From Moniliella sp. 'wahieum' (Eukaryota), in contig RSEE01000089.1 in NCBI GenBank assembly GCA_003971905.1, forward strand, positions 62,001 through 126,000: a stretch of DNA of 64,000 bases, read 5' to 3'. Below the pieces are notes generated by a model, which was not told where the DNA came from, searched no databases, and worked only from the letters and a program-made list of their open reading frames with translations. Positions within the stretch are counted from its first letter, which is position 1. Each line of letters begins with the position of its first letter. The translations under genes were made by a program, and so were the position numbers. Shown in pieces: positions 1-13,465 of this stretch.

Positions 1-1987
1 TGAGGTTTTTACACTATCCATCAAGAGAAAATGACACATAAGGTGTCAATGTGATCCACACGGTGTGTGGACTTTCATCCCACTGGGGGATCTGGCAAGG
101 ATGGATGGTCTAATTCTGCTCAACGTTCGATCGGCGAATATACTTTCAGCCCCGATGGAGGGCTTCACAAGTGCAACAGTACTCTATCCAGGAACAGTAT
201 GACGAGTCCTCCACAAACGGTAGCCAATGTTCGTTCGTGTTGCCGTTACGTATTACATGTTACACTCAATGAAAAAGGTGATGAAAGAGGATCATCCTCC
301 GAGGTTGTGTGGAGACGGTTACATGTTACATGTAACCGGCTATATACGACCGCTGTGTTGATGGCACCATGGGAGAGTGTGACATGTCAGTCTCAGTAAG
401 TATATCCCTCAGGCGAGTCTCACCAGAGTATCGGGGATACTACAGTTACAGCTGTGCGCCCCTGAGGCTCAGGGCGCTCAGGCCTGATGGGCCTGATCGA
501 TGTCTGATGAACCTTGAGCGCGCTCAGGCTGAGCGCTGAGCCTCAGCCACACTCGGCCGTTGCACTGATGCGCGGCACAATACTCCTCAAAGGACTGGAG
601 GATGCAATAATATATGCGGAAAAATCGGAAGAATCCTAGATCAAAGGTTCATGCTCACATTATGCATCATGAAGGGAAGCCTAGCGAAGCTCGAAGCTTG
701 AAACCCCCTGAGCCTGAGGCCTCAGCCTGATGCCTGAGGCTCAGGCCTGAGTTACGAAGCTTGAGACTAGAAGCTTGAAGCTTAAAGTGACTGAATAAAG
801 GCCAGGTGATACATGAGGTCTTGTGGGGCCCGAGGCAGTGGAAAAGATCTGTGGGGCTGAGGCGCTGTATCGCTTATGAGGCTCTGGATGAGCGCTCAGC
901 CTGAGCGCGCGCTCAGCTGAGCCCTGAAGGTGAGGGGCCTGCGCTCAGACCCAGGGATCAAGCACTGTGTACTGATGCGTTGAAGCTCTCTGAGAGATCT
1001 GAGATCTGTGAGATCTGTGAGATCTGAGATCTGGGAGCTACTGTATATAGGCCATCTCAATACTCAGTATTTACCCTCAGGCCGGCCTCAGGCTCAGACC
1101 CTCAGGCCTCAGGTGAGGTCTCAGTACCTCAGTACTCAAGTTCCCAATATCAATACACTGTAAACAGTACGTAGTACTCAGGTACCCACAGCAGCCACTA
1201 AGTACTAATGCCACTAGTTGCTAGTTCCTGGTGCTCCGCGCCATGGCGAAGTCACTTCGATCACTTGTGATCGATGATCAGCTTGTTTTGCTGGATGGTG
1301 CTTTTCATTAACGTTTACTGGTTTTACCGGTTACTTCAAGAAGGGGAAAGATTAATGAGGGGGCTGAGGCCCTGAGGCCCGAGGGCTTGAAGCTTGAGGC
1401 TGATAAGGCACCATATTTCAGACCTCAGAGGGTGTAGTACCCTCTGGGCCTCAGTGGCCTCAGTATCAGCCATTCCATACTCATATAATCCCTTCAAGCT
1501 TCATCTGCTTCAGTTGCCTGAGGAGTGTGTGCGGTGTGGCCTGTGCTCGTCAAATCTGCAGCACTATGACACCTTCGGCCGTTTGAGGGGTCTTGGTCTT
1601 GACGCATGAAAAGCTTGAAGCTTGATTAACTTGATCATGATCAACAGCGATCTGTATATCCACCCGGCCCAGTATTAATAGTTGCCATCACAAACGCTAC
1701 AGATGGCGGCGTTCAACTTGACATGCAAGGCCGTCCAATCCCGATAGTTTCGCTCCAGGGCCTCAGGACCTGGCGTGATAGTTCCGTATCTGTATCTGTC
1801 GGTCAAGTGACATGTGTTCATCGTGCACAGTCGTTGAAGCGGGACGGACGGACCCCATTCGCAGCATATAAGTAATACCCCTCACACTTAAGAAGTGTCC
1901 TCCCTGGCTAGAAGCTGCTTCCTCACAGCAACCACGACCACCCAAAGAGTTGCACCCTCCTTTCCATCCTTCTTGGAAGGTTCCTCT

Positions 1988-2922
1988 ATGGCCGCTACAG
2001 CCTTTACCACCAGTCCCTGCCTTTCCTCTTCCCCAGCGCAAGAGTGGCCAGTGGGAGGGGGCACCGTTTCCTACTCCATCTACTCGTTCCTTTCCCCCGA
2101 TTCCACCTCACCCTCCGAGTTCAACCAACAGGGCAAGGTAGTCGTCTCTAGTGACTCCCGTCCAACCCTTCATTCGTCCACCCTTCCTACTCGCCCAACA
2201 TATCAGAAGAGTATCAAGACCCTCCCTCGCTGCAATTCTACCACCACGGGCACTGCTTGGCGTAGGGGGCAGCGACGATCTGACGGCTCGATTTCGCTCC
2301 GTCGACGGGAGCAGAACCGTCAAGCGCAATCTAGATATCGGGCTAAGCGCAGAGCTAGTCGTGGTCAACACCCTAATGGCGACACCGATAACCGAAAAGT
2401 GGCAGAAACGAGCCCCGAACCCGCCGGCGGTAGAGTCCCCATCAGTTCCTCTCCTTTGGACTCTCTCTTCTTCCGCCCCCTCCCATGCGTACCTCTCATC
2501 GTACTTCTTTGGAGCCCGCGCCTCTAGCTCCGCAAAGCTACCACCCCATTGGTCCCAGTCCTACCCCGATTCTCTCCGTCAACTCTTCTTGGCCGTCTCT
2601 CAGCCCCCCATGGAAACTATTGAGCCTGCGCCTCAGTTCATTCCTTCTCCCTTGTCTTCTATTCCATTGTCCCACCAAGCCAACCCCCTTGTGCTCTATC
2701 GCCCCCCCTGGCCAACCAAAGCCCCTGCAATCAAGAAACCATTCTTTCCCCTGCCGTCTCTATCCTCCCAGCTTTTCCAGCTTCTTCTCCTACATCCAAC
2801 TGTGGGCTCTCTGCGACTCCCACCCCGCTCCCGGTTCTGTCACTGGGACCCACACCGTACTCAAGAACAACTGTGTGGCGGAAATGCTCTACAGCAGTCC
2901 TTGGTTCCCCCCTGAATGTTGA
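1988..2922 (+). CDS. bZIP-basic-region protein, frameshifted; ends approximate
   Basis: RRREQNRQAQSRYRAKRR matches the fungal bZIP basic motif (N-x7-R). No clear leucine zipper. Reading continues across overlapping ORFs 1895-2527 and 2485-2922. Confidence 0.5.
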
Positions 2923-3460
2923 ATGGTCCGCGATCCACTCGCCGTGACTGTCGTCCAGAGTGTTCATTTTTGCGCTAGAGCGTTAATCGAGCAACTAGAT
3001 TCCTAGTAGCTGCTTCATTCTTCCTTCTTCGATTTTTACTCATGTTGCCACAACTACCCTACTACTGATTCTTACCACTCTCTCAATTAAGTTGTCTTTT
3101 TCCGCGTCAGTGCACACTTCCACAGTACACTAGTGACCTTAGTGACCGTCTTGATGTTAGTTTCTATACCCTATTGCTGCCATGATACACATCTGCACGC
3201 GTTGCCTACTACTATACCAGTGACACAGCCCGCCAATGGGGTTTGTAGTTGTATTCAGTACGTGAGGAAGGTGTCCGGTGTGCCAACAAAGCGCGAGAGT
3301 GCAGTGTGTAGTGTAGTGTAAGGGAGTGTGCCAATGCCAATTAAGTGAGTTGCCATGACCCAATGGGAGGTTTTAGAAGTAGGGGAGGGAGGGGAGGAGA
3401 GTGTAACAGTAGAGGGAAACGGAACGAGCAGGCAACCAGGGGGAACGTGCAACGTGCGAC

Positions 3461-6158
3461 TTACTCGCGGCCATGGACAATGGCCCTGAGACGACTGGCG
3501 AGCCATGGACGGAAATGAGGCCCATGGATAAAGTCGAGGTAAAATTGTTCGACGACTTGCTGGTGATTGAAGACCATGTAGGCACGATGCAAGCTGACGG
3601 ACGTGCCATGTCGTTTGAGCGACTCACAAAACATTCGCTCGTCAAACTCGAATCGGTCCGCCGCCTCTTGCCGCCTCCCATGGTCCAGTGTATCGGGCAA
3701 AAGCAAAGAACAGGAAATGTACCGCTCCAAGGGGGCAAGAAAACGTTGGGTCAAGTCGTGGAAGTAGCGTCGGATCGCCTCAGAGGCTTGATCCACTACC
3801 AGCAGTCAGTACAACTCGAATCATGAAAAAAAAAACAGGGACGAGGCGGAGGGCAACGTACGTTCTTCCTGCTTGCCAGACCGGACGGCCATTTCGGCAT
3901 GACGGATGAGCCGATGGTCTCTCTGCACCCTGCGGGTACGGGAGGTGGACAGGCCCAACTGTGGCTTGGGCGATTTGGACGAGGACCGGGTCTTGGTCTT
4001 ATTTAGGGGAAGAGAGGGCAGGACGGCTTCCTGGCGGCTGGGAGAGTGCGATGCGCTAGAATTGGAAAGCAAGGTAGAAGAGGGAAGTAGTCCCTCAGGA
4101 ATCCGTGCCCCTAGCGCTTGTAGTGCTGCAAGTCCCATCGGTTGATCCACAGGGGCATCGCCCAATCGGAAAATGGCAAGATTCGTAGCTTTTCTCTCCT
4201 TGGCGGAAGCAGACGTCCAAGCTCTCACATGGCCCGCTGTCGTCCCTACCACAGCTCCAGGGCCCAACGTGCCGGCCGGGGTGGCCTCGGTGGCAACGCT
4301 AGCATTCGCAGCCAACGCAGTGGCAGGGAGCAGAGGCCAGCACCCCGCACCAAAGCGGGGTGCATTTCTTCCCTTGCTGGACTTGCTGGTGGGATGGGAC
4401 GGATGAGCCCGACGATATGCAGGGCCGCATCAGACGCTTGCCGGGCACATTTGGGTGCAGTGACGAGTAACGGATCACCCATTAGAATGGATTCCCACAA
4501 GAGCCACAGGTCGGATATGAGTGCCAGAGAATTAAGCGACTCGTTCAGCCCCCGAGCTCCTGATCCGCCCAAACCAAAAGCGGTAAGGAGAGGAGTGACG
4601 GGCACGCTGGAGGCCAGGATCGTTTGTCCTATGCTGGATACGCTCGGATGGGGGGCATGTTGAAACTCACTGAGGAGCGGGAAGGAGACATCAAAGCCTA
4701 GTTCCAGAGAAGCGGGGTGTGTAGGGGGGCCAGGTGTGGAGGGTAAGAAGGGCAAGGAGAGTTTCAGTCCCACCCGCCCTCCTGGACGGGGAGCAGGCCA
4801 AGAGGCGACCGAGAGTAAGAAGTGGTCAAGAACGTCTTGTCGCTGTTGGGCCGTTTGGGCACGGTCAAAGTACCACTCCCCCACCACCTCTACCAGCCTG
4901 ATCCAGAGGGAAACCAGGGGAGCGGGAGGGCGGGCTGAGGTGACGATGACCAAGGATTTTTGAAAGTAGCCACGGGGGAGGGTAGGGTCGGCACGTTGCC
5001 GGTAGTAGACGAAGAGGTAGTACCGGTCGTCCACCTCGTCGCTCTTGTCGACTCGGATGGGCGGTGCAGGGGTGCGAGAGCGGGAGCGAGAGCGAGATCG
5101 AGATCTACTACCGAGAGACCTACTAGTCGTGGAGTGGCCCATGCGAGGGGGCTGGGAAGAAGAGCGAGCCGAAAGAGCTGAAGTGAGGTACTCGGACGCA
5201 GCATGATGGAGCGTGGTGGCCGAATGGGGCAGGCCCATAAGAAGAGAGCGGGTGCGCGGGTCGCTTTCTCCGTTATAGGGGCGGGCATCCACCGGTTTCA
5301 TTGCATCCTTACACCCATGTTCGCCATCGAGGTCGTCATAATAGTCTTCTGACAGACGAACAGTTGCTGCTCCAACATCGCCCACACTTGGGCGCTGACG
5401 TGCCCCATCCTCGCTGGAACGTACGGGAGTTTCGGCCCTATCGCGATCCAATGGGCGGTCCACCTTGATGGAGGCTGTGTAAGCCACCGCCCCTTCTCCT
5501 GTCGCCGTGTCCAACCGGTCGGGGAAAGCGGAGAGAGCGAGGGCCTCACACTCACTTGGCGTCAAGGGACCTGGCGGCGTGGGCGGAGGCGGTGGTCGAT
5601 GGGAAGATCGATCACCGAAACGAGAGGATGGACGAGTAGCCTGGCTCCTGTCAGGTGTCGGGGGGACCACAGTCTCTGCGACAGGGCCATGCGTGAGATC
5701 AAACTGACCAATCACGACGGCGACCAGGTAGTGGTCCAGACGAGCGCGCTGCTCGGGTGACAGGGCAAGTGAGGTGCTGGGCACACTTCTCGGTCCGCTT
5801 GGTAGCTTCGCGAGTGCGGTCACGGCAGGTTCTTCAAGATCCAACTCGTCCGAGTTGGTGAGGCGGTCAGCGCTGGGGATAGCAGCGCGGACGGGGGCTT
5901 GACTGGGTCCGCCCCAAGCCCGACCGAGTCGTCCCAAGCCAAGGATTCGGCGCCATGGAGGCCGACGTCGCCCGAGATGGAGAGCTGCTGGCCGGTGTGT
6001 GTGGCATGCTCCATCCGCCATCCCGCGGCGCACGGCACGAAGGTAGGGGTGGGTGGTGGGGGGGTGGGGGGGGGGGGGTGGGGGGGGGTCGGGTGGTGGA
6101 GCGGCCCCGGCAAGAAAGCACGGCCTGGCTGGCTTCGCCCGCCGCTCCCGCTGGACAT
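3461..6158 (-). CDS. DENND6/FAM116-family DENN-domain Rab GEF
   Basis: FDLTHGP, AFPD, YYRQRADPTLPRGYFQKSLVI, LWLLWESILMGDPLLV, AIRRYFHDLTQRFLAPLERY and FYLDFIHGPHFRPWL occur in order across frameshifted ORFs. Likely ATG at 6158 (MSSGSGG). Confidence 0.8.
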
Positions 6159-6239
6159 TACGTCAGGCGCCACGCGGGCGGCTCTGGATGTTGAGTCCAG
6201 CCGAGCACTCCGCCGTCTGGCTCGCCGCCTACCACTGCC

Positions 6240-7665
6240 ATGAACGCCACACCGGCGCTTGCGCCGGCGTGTGACGCACGAGTCGGCACCCCTCCCCACC
6301 GGCAGCCGCACCGCCGCCATTGGCTCCCTTACCGCCTCCTTCCTCGAGCGCCCAACTGCCAAGCAGCGCCTGCTCACCCGCCTCCTCCACAGCACCGACA
6401 ACCGCTTCCAGCCCTTCTCAGCACCTGACCCGCGCCGAATGCGATGCCACCGTCGCGCAGTAGGCGGCGCGAAGATCCTCTGGTCGCCCTGCGCCAACAT
6501 TCACTTTGTGCCCGACCCCATGCCACAGACCGACCCGTCGTTGGGACACTGCTCTTACCTCTCTACCTGCCACCGGAGGAAAACCTGTCGCTACCTCCAC
6601 TTTCGCATTGAGCGGCCCCCAGATCCTTCGGCGTCGGTTGCTCCTGTGTTTCAATGGGAGGCTCCCTACCCACCTGATTCCTTCCGTTCTCAGTACTCGA
6701 GCGTTCCGCCCGCGTGAAGCGCTGACCCAGTCCGGGCTCGATCGGTGGCTGCTCCCCTGCCCCACGCCTGCGCACACAGAAACCGATACCATCTCGATTG
6801 ATGTGCCCGAAGAACTGGAGGCGCTGACACGGGCCACCCCGCCCGCTCAATGGATCAATTGCGATGTGCGGGACTTTGAACTGGGCCGCGTGCTGGGCGA
6901 GGGACTGTGGGACGTTGTGATGCTCGACCCGCCGTGGGACATCCACATGAGTTTGCCGTATGGCGTCCTATCTGATGCCCAGCTGCTCGACCTACAGCTA
7001 GGCCAGTTACAAAAACCCGGGGGGTTGCTCTTCATTTGGGTTACAGGCCGGGCGATGGACATTGCACGGGATTGCCTGGCTGGTTGGGGGTATGCCCGGA
7101 TCGACGAGATTGTCTGGATCAAGACAGGCCACACTCAGCGCCTGGTTCGCACCGGACGCACGGGGCATTGGATCAACCATTCCAAGGAACACTGTTTGGT
7201 CGCCATCAAGCTGGGGGAGGATAGCAAACCCCCAGAAGACCCAGCCGACGAGGCGGACAACAGCCTGAATGCAACACCCAATTCGGGCCGGCCGGAGCTT
7301 GTGCCGGATGTGGTTCAGCTGGGCAGAGCCACGTCCACTCTGCCTGCCGTGCCGGGGGACGGCCACGACCGGCACTGCCGCCGGGCACGCTGCCGGGGGA
7401 AGTGGTGCCGTCGTGGGCGCTGCGTGGACTGAGTGCGGATGCGCTGGTGTCCGAGGTGAGAGATACGTCGCGCAAGCCCGACGAGCTGTACGGGATGATT
7501 GAGCGGCTGGCGCCGGGCGGGCGCAAGCTGGAGCTGTTTGGCCGGCGGCACAATCTGCGCCCGGGGTGGCTGACGCTGGGCAACCAGATCCGCTCGACGC
7601 ACGTGCTCGACCCGGACTTGGCGCGGCGGCTGCGGCGTGCGCAGATGGAGGAGGGGGGGGTGTAG
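6240..7665 (+). CDS. IME4: mRNA m6A methyltransferase catalytic subunit (MT-A70, METTL3/Ime4)
   Basis: CCCH finger [32 protein letters not shown]; catalytic [63 protein letters not shown]. Frameshifts near 6700 and 7400. Confidence 0.93.
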
Positions 7666-7913
7666 TCTGCTGTGAATTGCATTCACTTGTGCCTGTGGGG
7701 GGCGGCCTGTGCGAGCGTGTGGGATGGACAGGTTCAATAGCAATTAAGTTCAACGGTGCATGCAATGTTCAGCGTTTGGTGTTGTAGCTTTTATTGATCC
7801 GTCGATGCGGCGGCCGCAGTCCGGTGTCGTCGTGAATTGCCGCCACGCCCCCCCCGCCACCATCCTCCACCCGCCGGCCGCCGACCGCGCTCTCCCAGGC
7901 GGTGGACTTGCGC

Positions 7914-10900
7914 ATGCTCCCCCGCCGGCCGCGCCCCGACGCCTCGGCGGCCCCCCGCGACGCCGCCATGGCTGCCCTCTCGCCCGAGCAGCTCGATGTC
8001 CGCGTCGGCCTGCTGCCCAACCTCGTCCGCCCGACCACCACCTGGGCCGCCGGCATCCCCCCCGCTCCTGGCGCCTCGGCGCCCCTCAGTGCCGCCCAGC
8101 CCGACGTGCGCGTCGGCTTCCTGCCGAGCTACCCTTCCCCCACCCCCGCCCCCCCCCCCCCTCCTCCGCCCTCCCCGCTCCCACTCCCGCTCCCTCCGCC
8201 CCCCGTCCGCGCCGCAAGAAGAAGACCCAGGCGCGCGGTGAGCCCGCCCCTTCCCCCTCGCTGTCCCCAGCATCGACGTCACTCCTTCGTCGGGACCGCC
8301 GGAACTGCCTCCCTCCGAACAGCACGCACCGCGACCGAACGCGCGATCGACGGTCTCCTCTGCCCTCCAATCCCGGACCCTCTGCCCTCACCCCGCCGGA
8401 CAACCTCCAGGCCCGCTCGCGGCGGGCTAAAAAAGAGGCTCGTGCCAAACAAGATCGTGCTCGCGCTGCCGCTGCCGCAGCCAATGGAGAACCCCCTCCC
8501 CCTTCCTCCCACAGTTCCACGCCACAACCGCCGCTGGGATCGTCGGCTATGGCTCCGTCTCAATCCATGCCGTCGCTCTCGATCCAGGGCGCGGCTGGGC
8601 CCTTGGGCCCCATCTCCGGTTGGGGGGGAGGGTATACCCCTGTCCCTGGACAACACATCCTCCACGCTGTCGGCTCCCCCCTGGCCATGGCTCAAGGACC
8701 CGCACTCTCCATGAGGAGGACCATATCGGACAGCCAAGGGGACACAGACTTGCTCTCGCCTCCTCGTGCCCCTTCTCCATCCAGGGGCAGCGGTTCTGCC
8801 AGCCCCTCACACCAGCGTCGCTCCCCGTCCCCTCTTCCGAGGAGGACCAATTGGCCATCCCCACGCAAGACACTCGGCCTACTTCTCCGGCCCGCACCAG
8901 CCCCGCACCACGCAACACCAATCCATCTGGACTGGGCGGGATCAATGCTCCTGTGGCCCGCCGCCCCCAACTGGCCCAGAGCAGTAGCGCATCGGGGGGA
9001 GAATTCGTATTGGCCCACACGCCACACCTTGCCCACCAGCCCAACGCAGCGTATGTTGTCCAACCTGCCCATACCTTTGGCGCCCCCCGCACCCGCAAGC
9101 GTCGTGATCGTCCTTCGGATCGTGCCGAGGGCCCGTCCCAGCCACGCCCGGCCAGACGGGAAAGAACTGCCGCACCTCGTCCAAGGGCGCAAACCACTTC
9201 TGCTCTTCAGTCCGAACGGGATTTGGATACGCATCGGCCTACCCGGCAGAGGGTGGAGCAGCCTATCTCCGATCCTCCCGCGTCCCAACAAGACACGATC
9301 CCCCCGGGCGCACAGGCAGCTTCCCTGGTCTCCGTACCCACCGCCAATCCGGATAGCCATGATGAATGGTCCATGTTCGAAGAGCAGCTGCATCGCATGG
9401 TCCAAGCAGAAGCTCGAGCGGCTCAAGAGGCCGGAAGGGAAAATCTTTCTTCCTCAACGGCGGCTCCGGTCTATTCTAATGACGCCCCACCACCGTGGAC
9501 AGCACGCAGTCCGCCTCCTCCCTTGTTTCGGATAGTGAAGGGACCGAATCGGACACTTCCTCCGCGTCGAGGGGAAACGTCGGACCGTCCCTCTCTCGCC
9601 TGCCTCCGGATCGAAGGCGATGGGAGCAGACCGCCGTGCTGGGCTTACTATTGAGAACGGATTCGAAATGAGATGGCAGACAAGAAGTGGATTCGGACAT
9701 TGCGGTGGACATTGAGCAGAATAATTCGGCTGAGCAAACCGACTCTCAGCTGAACCATCCCTGCTCCCTGCATTGCTCCCGAGCGGCAGAGGCCCATGCC
9801 GAGTTGCCTCCCACCGCTCTTCGTTTGGAAGGTGAACCCGTCTTGGCCCATCCCTCTCGAAGGTTCCGCTTACGGACGGTCCAGTCGATCTTCACCCCTC
9901 CAACTGGCGAGACAACCCATCGGCCTGCAGACAGCACTCCCATTTCTACTGTACTTCCCCCCGAGTCAGCCGTTACGGTCGCGCGTCAACGACCTGCTTC
10001 GGCCCAAGCACCCCACTCGCCCCGTCAGCACCGGTCCAATGCTCGTCTATCCTACAACCCTGGGGATGCAGCGTCGGCCGCGATGCGGCGGGCCGCCTTG
10101 TGGGGGGCTCACCCCGTCCCATGTCGAGCCAGGACTTCCTTCTCTCGAGCTCGCCCGGGCCCCGCCTGCCCGCTCACCAGAAGAATGCGGGTCGGCCAAG
10201 GACGTAGTGCCCCAGTCTGGCTCGACTGATCTCGAGTCGGGATCAGAAAGCGATGAACTTGTCTCGGCCGAGGAAGGAGTTGGTTCGGAAAGTGATCGCC
10301 TTCCTGCGGGGAGGACTCGGACTCGGATGCTCAATGGGAAGAGGAGATGGCTGCACTTGAACGGATGCGGGCGCGGGAACGTGAGTCACTCCAAAATGCA
10401 GCAGAGAGGTACCTGGCTCGTGCCGAGGCGAGCACAGACGAGTCGAGTGACGACGAACCTGTTCCTTCCCCTGAGCAAGGCAGGGATGCAGAGGTGCGTC
10501 TCCGGCGCCTTCGCATGGCTGCAGCCGCTGAAGCCCGTGCCAATCGGGCACGTAGGCCCCAGGAGCCGCATCCAGATTGGAATGTGGAGGTTCCGCGAGC
10601 GCCTGCACGCCTGTCGGGTCCTCCAGACGCATCTTCGCCTCCCTCATCGACTACTTCCAGTTCCAGTTCGAGCGAAAATGAGAGCAACAGTGATTCCGAC
10701 TCGCCAACTTCCTCCCCTCGCCGCAGAACGATGGGACCAGCGTTGGTTGCGCCGCCGCTTCCCGAGCGGGCTGCTCAGAACGAGGCAGAGCGGTCCTCGG
10801 AGCAATCGAGTACCCGGGTTCCAGCTGTACAAATGGGATTGCTTTCCCGCCCTCCCCCTGAACCTATCAAACGGGACGGACGCACGGTGCCTCTTGGTCC

Positions 10901-13465
10901 GTCGCAATTGGCTCTGGCGCGGGCCAGTGCCGATGCGCGTGCCGGCTACTTTGGGATGAACGAGTTGGGACGCAGACGTACGCTCGGACGACAGTCGATG
11001 CTCGGTGCGGATATGTGCCTCGTCGACGCGGTGCGGGAACGGGACTGCATCGTGCCTCCACGATGGTGGGACGGCCGGCGAGCATGATGCCCCACTCCAG
11101 TGGGCAGGATGAGTTGGGCGCGGCGCGGGAGAGTATGCTGGACTACATTACTCAGTTACGGGATCGGGGGCAGACGGACGGAGGAGATGGCGACGCGATC
11201 AATGCGCTTGAACGGTTGATCGGCGCACGCTCTCACACCACGGGTAATCTTGAGCGTCCCGAACTAAACCCAAACCCAAACCCAACTCCAAACCCAAACC
11301 TAACCTCCAACTCCAACTCCAACCCCAGCCCAAGCGCGAGCCCCGCCACGACGGTCAATACATTTGCTACTGCCGAAGAGGAGGAAGATGCGGTATTCAC
11401 ATCTCCTGTTTCGTTGCGTCGCAGACGCACGTTACCGCCTCCGCCGCCTCCGAGGAAGGTCGTCTGCCTCCCGTTACAGACCAGACACGGCACTTCCCTC
11501 CCACCCCTGCCCCTCCTGCTCTTGCTAGCCTCCCTGAAGACGTTACTTCCCCTGTCCTCCCTCATCGCCCGCACTCCTTGGCCAATGCTTCTCACGGGGA
11601 AGAGGGATCACTGGGATTGACCCTTCACCCCTCAGGGCGCCTCCCAGTCGTGGTGGAAACGGACGCAACGGAAGACACTCACCCTGTGCGCGTGCCACCC
11701 CGTCGGCCACCCCCCCGCCTCCTCCGGCTGGGAGACGAAACACAGCGGTTTCGCGCTTGGTACAACAGTTTGAGGCTACCCAGCCGCGCGCTCCTCCGCT
11801 CCCCGTACAATCTCGCTCGGGGGGTGCAGGGGCGGTGAGGGTACGTCCACCTTTGCCTGTGCCGCCGGAAAGCCCTCGCCACGTTCCTGCTCCCCGCTCC
11901 CTCAGCGGAGGCAGCCGGGGCCAGTGATGAGCCAATTGTCTGGGGAGGGAGGTTCCTTAACCGCCAGTCGCACTGAATCCGAGGGCAGGGAATTATCTCA
12001 GTTGCCACAGGGGGTACCGCTGGTCTTGCTGTCGGGGCGGATGCCAGCCCATCTCCTATGACGGTGCCTCCGATCCCTTCCATTTCCTTTGATGCAGCTA
12101 CGCCCTCCCCAACTGCTATCTCCCTATCCAACAACCGGGAAAGCTGGGGGTCAAACAGACGTAGCCCGCCCTTACGCACTCCAACTCTTCCCAGCCCCCC
12201 CCGGGCCCGCCCTCCGCTTTCCCCCTCCGTTGCAACCCGCTTCTGCCGCACAGCAACTCACAGCTGCGTCTGTGAGGGAGCCAATTGAGAACCCTGGTCT
12301 CAGTCTACCTCCTCCAACTACCAGCCCAGCGCCGGGTAGTCCAGCTGGAAGTGAGGCGGGAAGACAAAGCAGGATGAGCACGGCGTCTTCGGCAGGGTAT
12401 ACGGACATTGCTGGGATTTACGATGGCTACCATGAAGATGACCACCCCCACCGAGCTGCGTCGCTGGTGGGACTGGGAATGGGGACGGGGGCTGCACCCA
12501 TTTTGACCGTCACTTCACCTGTCCCACCCGTCGCCCCTGCTCCCCCTGGTCCAGAGGCAGAGGCAGAGACAGCGGTATCTGGGACCCCGTCTGCGCCGCT
12601 TCCTCCGACCCGACGCCCTCCCCCTCCTCCCCCGGCACCAAGGCCCAGCTCCTCTTCTCAAACCTCGTTGGCCAGAGTACCACCATCGAATGCTGCGTCT
12701 ACCGTGGATGCGAGCCCAGCCACCCAGCCCACTCGACCTGTTGCGCCCGTACGAGAGCCAGGGGAAGAACGTGCGTTATCCGACGCACCCGGTCCACTAC
12801 GTATTGTTGTCCCCGCTGGGGCCGAGGTGACGGAGCTGGATGTGCTGGCGCGGCAGCTGGAGGAACCAGGGGACCACTATGAGTTGCTCACGCTGCTGGG
12901 GGACATTTTGGGTCCCGCATCGGCCGGAGCAGGAGGTGGTACGACAGGTGGAACCGAGGACGTTTCACGTGGTTCACGTGGTCAACAGGGTGGACCTATC
13001 GTCCGGTCTCGCCCGCCCGTTCCTACTGAAGAAGAGATCGAGTCGTTGCCTGTCGCCCCTGTCGACCTCATTTACCGCCGCACCACCGCCGAGGGCCGGA
13101 CGAAGCAGAAACTCGAAGTGGCTGGCGTACGGGTGGAAACGTGTGCGATTTGTGTGGCTCAGTTCCGACCGAGCCAATTGGCTTGTATCTTTCCTTGTTT
13201 GCATGTGTACGTCCCTCCCCCCCCCCCTTCACACACACATACCTCTTCCCGACTTGTCCCCTTCCCTTTCCCGACGGAACCAAACCGTGCCAGAGACAAC
13301 GGACTGACCTTGACCTTGGACTTGGACTTGGACTTGGACTTGGAACTTGGACTGACCTTTGCCAACCGTAGGTTCCATGCCGACTGCGCTCGTCGGTTGC
13401 TTCTCCATTCGCGCATCTGTCCGCTCTGTCGCCACGACGTGGCCGACGCAGTGGTCGATGCGTAG
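7914..13465 (+). CDS. Large Pro/Ser-rich protein with C-terminal RING-H2 finger (probable E3 ligase)
   Basis: After removing intron 13207-13371 the C-terminus reads CAIC...CLHVFHADC...CPLC. Upstream is a chain of frameshifted low-complexity + strand ORFs, assumed to be one gene. Confidence 0.7.
11264..11330 (+). repeat. Coding hexamer repeat (CCAAAC/CCAACT), NP/NS dipeptides
   Basis: Tandem repeat read directly; encodes NPNPNPTPNPNLTSNSNSNP. Confidence 0.8.
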
